The notes under the pieces are model-generated. The model made no database searches. It had not been told where the DNA came from and saw only the letters and a list, made by a program, of their open reading frames with translations. Below, in pieces: positions 1 to 12,489 of a stretch of DNA of 64,000 nt; positions within the stretch are counted from its first letter, which is position 1; each line of letters starts with the position of its first letter. The position numbers were made by a program, and so were the translations under genes. This DNA comes from Pelomyxa schiedti (Eukaryota > Protista > Evosea), in assembly GCA_020536535.1 (NCBI GenBank), contig JAHLWZ010000470.1, positions 62,084 through 126,083 on the forward strand, given 5' to 3'.

Positions 1-621
1 CGGGGTTCGTAGGTGCGTAAGTCCTCAACATGGGAGTGTGTTGTGGAGTCAACAGAGATCGCAGTGTTTTTGTTGAAGTCAAATTGTGCCACTCAACATC
101 AAAAACATCAGTGCCGCCTTGCCGGCCTGGGTCGGCGGAGAAGCGATTACACCGGGAGAGAGGAAGGTCACTCCTTCGTCACAAAGAATGGAAAAATGAC
201 TGGGACTGCTGTATTGAGTTGTATAACAACCAGTGCGTGCCTTCATTGTAGTAATGCTCTTGCACTCAGCAAGCATATTCATGGCTGTAATTCCGCACGC
301 CACAAAGAACTCCCGCTCTCGGCGCCGATATCCACACCAAAAACTAATAGTGCCCACTTTTGTACTCCGATTTTGCACTGTGGTTTGACTGAACCCCATT
401 TGGCAAAGAGCTGCCTCCCAGTCTCACAAGTACAATGTCACGGTGTCTTACATGTTCACCACAGAAAACTTGCTTGAACAGATCTACCAAGTTGGGTGAA
501 TGATGGAGTACGCATTTCACTGTGTCATGCAACGACTTTTAGCATGTAAAAAAAAACACGCAACCAGTGTAGTGCCACAAGGCCGTGTTAATATTTTCTA
601 CTTCCAAAAAGTATTTGAGGA

Positions 622-3600
622 TTAGAACCTCAGTTTGGTGGTTGTTGTTGTTTTTCTGGGACTTGTCCTCCTGGTTGTTCTCGAAGCCGGTGTGCCACTC
701 GTTGTATTGTCACTGGAATGTACTTTCATAGTCGTTGGGTGTGCTGCATATCCGGAAGTATCAAAGTCCACCTTGCGGCACCCAAAGAGGCAGTCCATGG
801 CCCACCGGTGGCTCACCATTTTCAGGCCCAGCTTCTTGATCCTCTGCTTGACGTGGTGCTCGATCGTGATCAGCCCCGGGGTGCACAGGACCACGTCGAT
901 GTGGCCGTTGTCACTGAACAGCCTTGAGACCGGGACTCCCCCGGCTGAGTGAACCAAGTCCTGCCATTCTGCCTGTGGAATTTGTTTTGGTTTTTGGTTT
1001 GCATAGTATTTTGTTGATTGGGTGTGCATTTTGGTATTTGTATGTTGTAATTAGGTGTTTTGTTGGTTTTCCTTTGTACACACTGAATTAGGTCCTAGAA
1101 CTTCAATTCGAAGCTTTTCAAATACGTTGAGTGGCTCGAAGGAAGTGTGGGTATCCCTAGTGATATTTGTGGTCTGTTATGCAAGAAAAAAGTTGAAGGG
1201 GAGAACGTACTGTGAAGGAGAAGAAGCACTGCGCGGTAAAAGGAATTTGTGTGGGCGAGCCAATGAACCCTAAAATCTTTTAGAATGTTGGTGATCTTGA
1301 GGAACTTTAATACTTTGGAAACCGACCGGAGTACCCAATTGTAATGCAGAATGGGTATTCCTTTTGCAAGAGCCAAGAGGTATTCAATTTCTTCGCTTGG
1401 GGCTGAAGCTAATAGGACGGCATACGGAATTGCTGCAGCCAAGTGTGAACACAGCTACTCTCGAGATCACATACCAGTTTTTGAGGGAACATAATGGAGC
1501 TCCTTTAATGTTGGCAGAATTTGAGCACCGCACCGCTCTATGAGCGAGTGTACTCCTGTTTACTTCCGGTAAGTACACAAAAAAGGATAATACTCACTAT
1601 ACTCTCCGTGGCAGGAAGCATGCACTTTAAAAGTGACACAATTCTGATAGCCGAGAATAACATTTTTGAGATCTGGACATTATGCCAGTCTATTGGAGCC
1701 TAGAGGAAAGAAAAGGTCAAGCCAAAAAACAAGAGCTCGCTAGTGAACATTTTTCAAGGGATAAAAATCGTGCAAGTCATGGACCTTTTCATCACTGCAA
1801 ATTATGAGAGGGTGAAATACATGAGAAGTGGAATGACCTGTCACCTAATGTGGGACTCTGGTTCTTCCGTTAGAATTTTAATTGAAGGGTAATGTTACCT
1901 CGTGCTTCAGACACTTTTCTTTGTGTATTTTTCGCTTCTTGGCTCTATACCCAGTCTTTCTTTTCTTTGGTAGGGAAACACTACTGCTATCACTTGAGCT
2001 AGAACTGCTAGAACTGTCACTTGAACTCTCGCTGCTACTACTCTTGAAGTTGCGGTAAGAGGAGTCCTCACTGGAGCTACTACTTTTGTTCTTCTTCTTA
2101 TTGCGTTTTTTCGTTGAAGTGCCTTCATCTGTGTGGTGAAGCGTTTCTGAATGTTTGGACGAGGAATGGGTATTTTTAGTCTTCGTTGTGGCAGTTTCCT
2201 CGTTCCGCTCCTCAATGGCGTGATGGCTTTCTGTTGTCTTTGTTTTGTGGGATGAGGGCCTGGATACTTCGTCGGTAGGGTTTGGCTCCTTTGTTTCAAT
2301 ATCCACGGCCTTCATTGAGGCAGATCCATCTGCTGCACAAATCGGTTGCTGAGCTGGAATGAGGTCGTCGCTTCCCATATCAAAGGTGGAGGGAGGTTCG
2401 AAGGGAGATGCTGGTTCTTCATTGATACATGTGGTAGTTGGCTCCGTGCACTTAGTGCTATCCTTTGGGTGGGGAGTATTTATGTTTTCATCCACACTTG
2501 TTACACTACTTTCCTTATGAGTTCTGGGCTTGCTCTTGCTTCTACTTCGGCTCCTGTCCTTGCTCTTACTCCTTTTGGGTTTTTTCGTCTCTTTTCTTGC
2601 ATGGCAAGATTTAACCTTTGTTGCATCCTTTTCTTTCCTTATTTCAGTTACTCGGCTATTTCCTTCCTTGAGATGTGTGGACTTCGGTAGTGTTGAATCC
2701 ACGGGGGAGATGGTATCATTTTTCCTTGAGATGTGTGTACTTCGGTGTGAATCAGAATCAGTGCACATCTTAGCATCATCGCTCACAAGTTGCGGACGAT
2801 TTTTGGAGATCGCACTGTCACTCCCTTGGGGAGTTTTCGCTTGTTTGGTGGGTTCAAACTTCTTGGATTGAACAACTACTTCCTGCTTGTAAATCACTTA
2901 ATTTAAACCAATGGAAAGAAGGGAACCTTTGGGGTCATATTATGCATTACAATCAATCCAGGCATATTACTCTGCGTTGCTGGCTTATCAATCCCCAATT
3001 TCTCCCAAAGATCGTTGCTATTCCGCTTTTCTGGCTTGCTGGCTGTCCTTCTTTTCTTCGGGGGTCTTCAAACGTTTCTTACACTTGATTGACTAGGAAG
3101 ACAAGACATACATTACTTTGACTTGGTCTTCATCACACTCAGGTTTCCTATTCCCACGTGCAGTTTGCCATTCAATATCATCCCGATCAGAAGATTTGAT
3201 AGTACGAGGAGCATTTGGATGAACCACTTCTGTCCTTTCTTCACATTTTCTCACTAAGAGCTCAGAACGTGGTTCGGGAGGTATTTTTCCAACAGCCTGA
3301 TCATCTGCCTGCTTCTTTTCTTTTCTGGTCCACCCATTCTTTTTTTTTTTTCCCCTGTGTTATTCAACCGCTGATAAATGAAGACATTGTTGCTTGAATT
3401 GAACACACCTCCAGAGTCTTGAAAGGCACAGCCTGTGGCTCAGGCCTGACATCTGGAAGGGACAGAGCAAAAGGTGGATTGGCCGAACATTGACTTGGGG
3501 GTTGCGTTGCAACGTCATCGACTTGAGTGCAGTTATCAAGGTGCTTTGTTTGTGGAATATTACCCTTGTGTTGTTAGTTTTACGCTCAAGAGCGTAATGT

Positions 3601-4856
3601 ACCTGTGCCTCTTGGATGGGTGTATATTTCGGTTGTGTTACCTGCAGGTTCACCAAGCTACTTGCTGAATCTTCTATCAAATCAATTTTTGGTTTCGAAG
3701 ATAAGTCCTATTTTATAGCAAGTAAGGAAAAAACCTATGTATATAAAAGCAACACCTGAGTGGAGTGCAAGACTGGGGCCTGGCTAGGCTCTAGGTGGAG
3801 GATCAACCCCACTCCGTCTTTTGTTAAATGTTGTGGCCTTTGCTCATTTGGTTCTCCTTTGTGTTCTGAAGGACTGGCATCCTTAGTGTCAGTTTGTTCC
3901 AATCCTCTATCTCCACTTCCCTTGGAACCAACCACAGGGACTTGTTCCTCCATCAATCGTCCTTTATCACCAATTGCAGAAGGACAAACATCAACCATTT
4001 CCGTGGACTCGCCACAAATACCACTTACAGTATCAGGAATGCACACATGATTTGGTGCATTGGGCGCAGTGACCTGCACAGCACTGTCCTTGTTCGGTGG
4101 CACGTGACCCTCATCATCTTCTTCCAATGACAAGTGTAGTGACAATGGTCCCGTCTCTGGTGCCTTGCTGCCGCCACACAAGTTCTTTTCCCCTTCCTCT
4201 CTGTCTTGTTCAGTGTTGTCCATATCTTTATCCTTGCCCTTAGTACTGTCATTGTCATTGTCACTGTGTTGATTGGAATTGCCATTGTCATTTTCCTTGG
4301 AATTGTCAGTGTCCTTTTCATTGTCCTTCTCCTTTTCCTTTTCCTTTTGCTTGTCATTGTCAACTTCCTCGTCCTTGCAAGTGGCATTAACCATCAACAA
4401 GGGTGTATCATTTGTGGCATTTGGTTGGCCGACGACTGCCTCGTCACGTGATGGTTTTAGTGCTTCACTCTCACTGTGACTGCCGCTCCCGCCGTTACTA
4501 GTTTCTCGTCCCGCGCCATCATTATGGGACGGTTGCTGCTGCTGCTTCTCGGGCGGCGCTGCGCCGGCGTCGTCGTCGCCATCGTCGTGCGTAGCACCAA
4601 GCAGTTGTTTCGCGGGAGCAACTTGGTTCTGAGGTGGTGGCGGCGGTTGGGGCCTGTAGTAGTCGTCGTCTTCGTCCAGGTGCAACGAGAGTGTCATGGT
4701 GCTCGTGGCAGTACTAGGTGAGTCTATTGGCGCTTGCGATTGCTGCTGCTTTAGATTTTGGGGGCGTCGCCGTGGTGGCAGTTGCTTCGGTTGTTGGTCG
4801 TCGTCCTCGTCGAGGTGCAACCACATTATGGGAGCACCGCTACGCACGCCGTCCAT
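622..4856 (-). CDS. 53BP1/Rad9/Crb2-like DNA-damage mediator: long disordered N-terminus plus C-terminal tandem BRCT (multi-exon)
   Basis: BRCT1: MLFSAIRIV...EEIEYLLALAKGIPILHYNWV. BRCT2: AEWQDLVHSAGG...IDVVLCTP...MVSHRWAMDCLFGCRKVDF, resembling the 53BP1 C-terminus (VVSQEWVIQCL). ORFs 3735-4859 and 1878-2897 supply low-complexity N-terminal exons with SQ/TQ sites. No Tudor domain recognised. Confidence 0.75.
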
Positions 4857-4945
4857 CACCTTCGAACTTATTGCTCTTTAGTCTCAGAAAAAAAAAAACA
4901 AAAAGACTTGAAGAAAATACAAATTGGACAAGTTTTTTTATATTT

Positions 4946-6915
4946 TTACAGGCCTGTTGTGCATACATTATCTAAAACAGCAGCAAAAGGATGGGAGAGG
5001 GCTTCTTCAACCTGTTGGTCGAATTAATACTAAAGTAAAAGGGAAGAAAAGTGAACCTTGATGCGTTTGCTTGGCTCGAAGACAAATATTTGAGCTAGAA
5101 GATCGGCAAGCTGGATGTAGAGCGCTTTATCCAATGGGTCTTTCACTGCAGTAGAGTACCTCATGATCTCGGATTTGATATCACGGGTAGCATTCCCGCT
5201 TGTCATAAATTGCTGAAAATATGTTAGCGAGATTAAAAACCAGGTAACAAAAATACCTGAACCAATGTGTTAGCAGCAACATCAGACGCAGAAGGTGTAG
5301 GAGGAGTGCGGAAAACGGCAGAATCGAAATAGTTTGCGGATTTTGGATACTGTCTCAGTACCTTGTGTGACGGACGGCCAGTAACTTGCATGTGGAGCCA
5401 GAGCATCTCAGAATTCGTAGCCCCGCTGAAGGAGAAACGTGATGTTGCAAGTTCATAAACACAGCAACCTAGAGCCCACATGTCAGAGGAGGCGCATACT
5501 GGAGCTCCCAGAATGCTCTCTGGTGGGCGGTAAAATCTGGCGAACATTGTTCCTCTAGCCCTGGCACAAGTACCATTCACGGCACAACCAAAATCGGCAA
5601 GCTTACACGTGAGGGGAGAGGAAGAAGAGAGCAAGACATTATCTAGTTTAATGTCACAGTGCACCAAGGATAGTGACTTGAGGTGTCGCAAAGCCAAGAG
5701 CATTGATCTGGTGTACCGAGACACGAGTCGTATGGGAAGTCCGCACATAGAAGCACTTGTTACTGCGGTTAAAGTGGATTGAGGGTCAAGGAGAGGAGAT
5801 TGAGACGAGCCGCATGCTGTAAGGTTGACAGACTTTCCTTTGTACTGGTGCAATACTTGCCTGAGATTACTGCCCATTGCCTCAAATACTAAGCACAGAG
5901 TGCCGTATTGGTCTTCGAAGGAATCCAACAGACGGATACAATGCGCAGAATCGCCCGGATCGTTATCATTTATCAGCTCTAAAATCTTCTTTTCACTTTG
6001 GGCTGCCCTTTTCCTAAATAACATTTAGTAAGGAAAAACTTTTGTGGGTACACACGTGTTAAGTCTGTGGCATTTGATAGCAACGTCCCTGTTGTTGTTA
6101 TATGTATCACTAGCACGCAAAACTCGACTGTAGATACCGTCACCAAAAACCCCAGTAACAACATACCGGTCATTGAGTATTTCACCATTGCAGATCTCTG
6201 GGGAAGAGTTAAGAATTGATGAAGGGGGAAAAAAAAACGCACTGCAGTGGCCATCAGTATCCCAGTGGTCATCTGTATCAGGTTCAACCTTCACTGTAGT
6301 AGCTTGTGGAGCGAGTACAGGGGACTCAGGAACCACGTCAGAATGAGCACTGCAGTTTTTCGTCGATGCGGATGTCGCACTGAAAGTGGACTGGTCAGGC
6401 TGGTTTATAAGAGAGGCCTGAAGAGGTGAAGTGGAAACAGGTGGTGCGGATGAACCCGGAGGAGTACAACTATCAGAAACCGGGGAGACTTGTGTGTGAG
6501 ACTCGGGAGTACGTAAAGAGTGATTTACTGCCGCCTCGTAACTGGTATCACAACTAACAACAGAGCGCAAAGTAGAAGTTTGAAGCTTCTGCACACTACA
6601 GCAATTTGTCGTTGAACGATCTGCTTTGGAACCACTTATACCGCTGGAAGTGGGTGTCACAACAGGGGCAGGCGTAGTGGGTGTTTGCATAACAGGAACA
6701 CCACTCTCACAATCAAGCAAACTACTTCGTATAGTCCGCAAACCAACACACCTAACCCTAATTTGAAAGAAAAAAAAACCCATATTAGCGACAACGAGTA
6801 TCGTAAAAAAAAAAGGGGGGGTAGGCACATACGACACGAATCTGCTTCGTTTGGGAGCGAACTCACAGTGTACGGGAGAAGGGGCACGCTTACCGGTCGT
6901 CACTGCTGTTGACAT
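4946..6915 (-). CDS. PRP4-like (PRPF4B/DYRK group) Ser/Thr kinase
   Basis: DDHWDTDG...GEILNDRYVV, GDGIYSRVLRA, VAIK, NDNDPGDSAHCIRL, LCLVFEAM, HCDIKLDN, DFG, RFYRPPE, DMWALGC. The last exon reads VEEALSHPF...GL*. Confidence 0.85.
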
Positions 6916-7063
6916 GTCGCGTTGTCTACTCTTGTTTGTTTTTTTAATTAATTTTATGAAAATTTGGAGATGAATCATCTTCCGGAAAAAAAGAAAAAAC
7001 AGAAAATTCTATCAGCAGTTGCTTAGAAAAACGGGAGGGTCGATTTCGGGAGACTTGGAGGCC

Positions 7064-8548
7064 TCAGAAGCAATTATTGGCATCAAACCCACATTGGTCA
7101 TACTGCTCTTGTATTTCGGCCTCAATCATTGAAACAAGCTTCTGGGCAATATCATCCTCCATCAGGAAATGATGGGGGCCTTCAAACCTATCGTTTGTTT
7201 GGTGGTTAAATTCACTGTGAGAATTCCTTCCACATACACAGTTGGACCAATGAGGGGATGAATTGTGTGCCGCTGCCATGAGGTCATTTTTTCGGCTGTT
7301 ATAATTCCATCCTTCTCACCTATAAATGGATGTATTGGACAGTGGAATGGCGTGAGGTCATCAGCGTGATATTCATATCTATCAGCAACAGTATTATCAG
7401 CCCTGACAACTGCAATGGATTTAATCAAAATATTGTGAAAGAAGTCATCCTATATATACAAACCTGCAATCAATGTGGAAACCGCTCCTGGTTTTTCAGT
7501 GATAAGCTTTTTTAGGGCTTGGTCATCATACTTGGCACATAGTGCCATAGCGTATTTCTAAGTTCCGGTTTATTTGGTTTCAATAATGTTGTGTTCGCGT
7601 ACCATGGGGTCTTCGATGAGGGTGAGTCGTTCCTCCGGTGTATCTGGATCTGGGACATGAGGTGCCTTCCTAGCACTAACAAACATGGCCAGAGGTTCCG
7701 CCAGTTCGGGGTTCATGCGTCTCATTTCTCTAAGAACTTCAAAAGCAACCAGTGTCCCAAAGCTGTGACCAAAGAAGGCATAAGGCCTGTCCAAGAAGTT
7801 GATCATAGCTGATGCAATTCCCTGCAATGTAATAGGTAAAAAAAAGGGTCCAATGACGAAAAGAGACCTTGGCAAGTGGTTCAATGTCTAATATCAGTGG
7901 CTCAGAGTATCTGGAGAAATGACCTGGAAGTTCAACAGGACATACTTGTATGTTTGGGCCCATCAAAGCATCCCACTTCTTGAAATCTTTTTTTTGGTTT
8001 TAGTTAATTTTTTTTGTTTTGAAAAAAGAAAAATAGGCAAGAGATAGAAAAAAGAAACAGAAAATGACAGGCCATTTCGCTCACGTACCGGTGTAGTTAC
8101 GACCACCACCGGGGAAGCAAAACAAATAAACTTGTGGGTCGTACTTCTTAGGCCCATCGACGTGCCCAATCAGAGGAGGCCGTGGCTCGATCGTCCCAGG
8201 ATATTGAGTACCGGCTGCTTTGTCAGTCGTGGGCACGGCCTCATGGTTCGGATTCTGACTGTGATCAGAGGCATGTCCCACCGGTGTCCCTGTTGTACTG
8301 GGGGCTGCCGATGAGCTTGTTTTTGGGTCGTTTTCTCCTGATGCGGATGGAGAGGCGTTGGTCGTGCGCGTCTCTGTTGTGAGAGGAGCAACCGATTGCG
8401 GGTAGGCGTCGGGCTTGGGAGTGGAAACGGGCGTTGGATTATGGGTGCTTTCCACTTCATCACCTGCACAAGGTGCAGAAGGTGTTGTTCTTCTTCTTTT
8501 CGGGTCGTGAGGTTGGTGGGCCACTTCCGTCCCGTCCTTGTCATCCAT
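7064..8548 (-). CDS. Type II thioesterase (GrsT/OLAH-like alpha/beta hydrolase) with disordered N-terminal extension
   Basis: LFCFPGGG, VCPVELPGHFSRYSEP, nucleophile motif FFGHSFGTLVAFE, FVSARKAP, GEKD, and C-terminal GPHHFL. Multi-exon. Confidence 0.9.
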
Positions 8549-8759
8549 CAAACCGGGAAGTTTGTTCTTTCAATCAAAAACATTCTCCTTTCTAATTCTA
8601 ATTTCTTCACCCCCTTGCTCCGTCGGAACGAAACGGGGAGATACAGGAAAAGAGCAATGTATACTGTTGTGCTGGGAATAATGGCTGAATCATGCCCAAC
8701 TTGGAGAACCAACAACAAATTGGCGGAAATCCTTCAAGTGAAAGTTAAACTAACACAGG

Positions 8760-10070
8760 ATGGCAGCCACACGTGCTAGAACGATACAGGAGACGGAAGT
8801 CACACGTGCTAGGGAAACAATCGAACTGTCGACGCTGGATGTTGAGTTTTGTTCAGGATCGGTGGACAGCTTTATTCTGAGGGTGACGGAACATGCCAGG
8901 AGAAGATCAAGCTGGCACCTCCAAATCGATAACCGGAGCAGCTCGACCTTGACCAACGTATGCTGTTGTAGTTTTTCTGAAGTATAGTTACCCAAAACAA
9001 GGGGCGAATTTCGGATGCAAAAAACTTTGAGCAGTACTTGAAAGATACTCTTACCGACCCCTCGACTAGAGCATTCAGGGTGGGTTTTTTTTTCCGCCAC
9101 TTTCTCCCTGCTTATTTCTTATCACTTTCTTGATAGATCCCTGATGGAACTCTTCAATTAATTTTTCCACTGCGCCTGCCTTATGGACGACCAGATTCTA
9201 CTGTGATAGATCTGCCATGTACTCAGTGGTCACTCGAGACTCTCTCACAGCTCGTGCTGGAAATGTCAGAGCAGGTGAGACTCCCACTTTTTTACGAGGT
9301 GCATTATCCTCTTTAGCTCTGGACCTTGAAGAGATTGTTAATTCCTGCGCTGGAGCCATTCATCAAACGAGTGTGTAAAGTTTTGCATTCCACTTCTTAC
9401 GATTCTCAGGGATTTCAGCCACTGCTCTTTTTAGATGGGAATGACATGGGTTTCTCGGCTGACCCCTGGACATCCACTGTGTCCCCGACGGGATCCTCCC
9501 GAAAATACATGGAATACAACACAAAAATCGTGACACAGTTGGCTCTTATTGATCCTGCTTCCCAAAGATTCACAGTTTTGGCTCTTCCTTCACCACAAAC
9601 TGCTTTGGCTTTCTTCTCTGTAAGGCTCTTTTGCACCTTTTTTTTTTGATCGATGATGCTTCAGGATCGAGCAACAGTGTCACTCAATGTTGTGGATGGG
9701 TGCCTGTCTCCATTGCAATTGATTTATGGAACAGATGAGGGCAGAATAACACAACCAACCTGGAGGAAGAACTCTGTTTCAGGCGACGTACGGACCGGAA
9801 TGTGTGTACGATTGGGGGGATGGTTCCACTTCCAATGGGGAGATACCTACAAACAAGACAGCCAAGGTCCTCTGTTTGTCTCCCCATAAAAATATCTGAC
9901 AACCCACAGGAAACAAGTGTTCTGCCGAAGTTGTGGGCATAGGATTGAGAGACACCGTCTACGCGCCCTACTGCGAAGCACGATCGTCGGGCATAAGACA
10001 AGCTCATAATTACACCAACTTCCACGATGTTGGACAGATGGCTCTACCTCTCTATCTCTTTGGCGTTTAA
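8760..10070 (+). CDS. Hypothetical multi-exon protein
   Basis: A chain of open exons with GT-AG introns (FLDGNDMGFSADPWTS..., GGWFHFQWGD..., GNKCSAEVVGIG...LFGV*). The 5' exon structure is unresolved and no family could be assigned. Confidence 0.5.
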
Positions 10071-10130
10071 AACACTTTTTGTAAAAAGCTATACCAGCTG
10101 GCAACAAGTGGCTGAATAAAAAAAACCCAA

Positions 10131-12197
10131 ATGAAGGGCGATCCGGAAGACGACGAGGACACCACGTGGGTGGTGAGGCCAAGGCCAGGAGAATGGAAAA
10201 TAAAGGTGAAGGAATTGGGGTGGGACAGGTTGGTGAGGTTTTCGTGCCTGGTTCTCATATGCACACTCACTTTTGGTTCTTATTACTGCTATGACCTACC
10301 AGGTTGGTAGGTGGGGTGGGTGAGTGGGGTTGCTAATTGGCTAAATGGACAACACTTGGTGCACTTGTGTTGACAATGGTTGCAATTTATAGGTGCTTTG
10401 ACACAGCCTGTCATGCAGGAGTGGTTTGATATTAGTTCAGTTCAGTATGAACTATTTTACTCTCTCTATGGTGTGTACTGTGAGATTGCTAGCTGGCTGA
10501 TGAATATTTCCAGCCTGGCCTAATACAGTGCTTGCATTTTGTGGAGGTTATTTGGTGGATCGCGTTTTTGGAGTGAGGTATCTCTAAAAGTGCTACATGT
10601 TCCCTATTGTCACTAGGTTGGGAGCTTTTGTTTTTTCTGGTACTGTTCTCATAGGACAGCTTTTTTTTGCCCTGGGTACTGACTGGAGATGGTTTTACCT
10701 TGCTTGTGCTGGCAGATTTATTTTTGGGTATTTTGCAAACATGTCCTGCATTCAACTAAATTCATCAAGCCTTGGGGGCGAATGTATATCAGGTTTTTTG
10801 CTTCTCAACTGTCAAAACGAGTAAGGCGAAATAAGTTTGCCAGAGTACATTCACATCTATGTGGTTTCGCGGACGTGAGCTTTCTCTAGCATTTGCTATT
10901 ACGCTCTCGTTTGCACGTCTCGTAGACTTTCTACCCCCTTTTGCAAGTTAGAATTCATTCTATACATAATCATACAGGGAAGTGCAATAAACTTCCTTGT
11001 CTCTCCAAGATTGCAAGATAACTTTGGTACAGATATTGCCACCTGGTTCGGTATGATGATTTAACAGCATTTGTGTAGTAAAGTAATATTCCGTGTTTAG
11101 GTTTTCTTTTGTGTTTCATTTCTCTTGGTGGAAGTCTTATGCTTTGGCTTGCGGACAAAAGAGCGTTCGTTTGCACAGAAGTAATTTTCCGCTCATTTAC
11201 TTCCAGGGAGCAAACAGGGTTCCGAGAAACCCCTGCCCAAGATGAATCAAAACCAAGCTTCCGTGATATCCTGAAGTTTCCCCTGGCTCTGTATGGTATC
11301 ATTGCCATTGTAGTGAGCTACTACGTTTCCCTGTTTGTGTGGATGACAATTGGAAGGTACGTTCGGGACAATATACATATTCTTTTCTCATCTACCATAG
11401 CGCTGCCTATATGGATAAGTATGGCATGACAGATACTGAAGCTGGCGACTTTATTAGTACTCCCTATCTAGTGTATGTCCATGGTTCACGAATGTGTAAT
11501 TGTAACACTCACACAGCGCGGCCTGTTCGGCACCTGTCTTTGGATTAGTAGTGGATATAACCGGGTTTAATCTCACATGGAGTAAGCTATCTTGTGTCCC
11601 TGTTTTCCTGTACTAACATTCACGCAAGTCCTTGGGGCATGTATATTGCAAGTGACAACTCACCTGGTGATGGCACTTACATCAGATAACTGCCCTCCTC
11701 TAGTACCAGTACTGATGATGGGATTTTCCTATTCCATATTGGCTGCCTCACTCTGGCCGTAATTCCTGAAACGTGGGTTCTTCCACATTTTCTCATCGCA
11801 ATTTTTTTTCTCAGGTGCGTCGCTCTATTAGTTCCCAAGAGATTGACAGCAACGGCATTTGGTCTCACATACTCACTACAAAACGTTGGCCTTGCCGTGT
11901 TTCCGCTGATAACAGGAGCCATTTTAGAATCCTCTGACAATAACTACTCGTACTAAAAATCCCTGCCTATGTATATTCAACCTATTAATATCTGATTAAA
12001 TAAACAAGCTTCACACTGACTTATGGGACAACAGAGCGATTTCATACATGTTTGCAGCCTGTGCTGCCGTGGCTGCCATCCTGGACGTGTGCCTAATGGC
12101 CCATAATTACTTTACACATGGGCTACTAAACTGCAGCAGGAAAGAAATGAGGGACAGAGCCCAGGAAATGCAAGAAGAAACCCAATCTTTGCATTAA
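10131..12197 (+). CDS. MFSD1-like major facilitator superfamily transporter
   Basis: LTFGSYYCYDLP, AWPNTVLAFCGGYLVDRVFG, GRFIFG/LGGE, TATAFGLTYSLQNVGLAVFPLITG. Many transmembrane exons. Confidence 0.88.
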
Positions 12198-12489
12198 CAA
12201 CAAAACCAAGCAACCCACAATAATCAGCAATAACTTCTACAGTAACAATCTGGCATCTGCCAAATCATTCACTGCAACAAACTGATCCCGAGTCACATTG
12301 CACGTTTCTAACAGATTGATTCGGGGCAACCTTTGAAACCAAACAACAAGTGGATCTTGTATTCCTTTCCTTTGTTGTTTTTTCGTGGTACCAGATGTGG
12401 GGGCTTTTTGGCAATTAATTTGGTTTTTAGTGGTAAAATTGATAAAACGGGCTGTGGGCACCGACTAGATCTTGGATCGGGGGAACAGC

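Noticed and set aside
1-545. Short ORFs on both strands at the window start
   Set aside because: No recognisable motif and no consistent exon chain. Possibly part of a gene extending beyond the window.
6751-6761. CCTAACCCTAA telomere-like or telomerase-template-like sequence
   Set aside because: Fewer than two repeat units, at an exon boundary of the kinase gene; consistent with chance.
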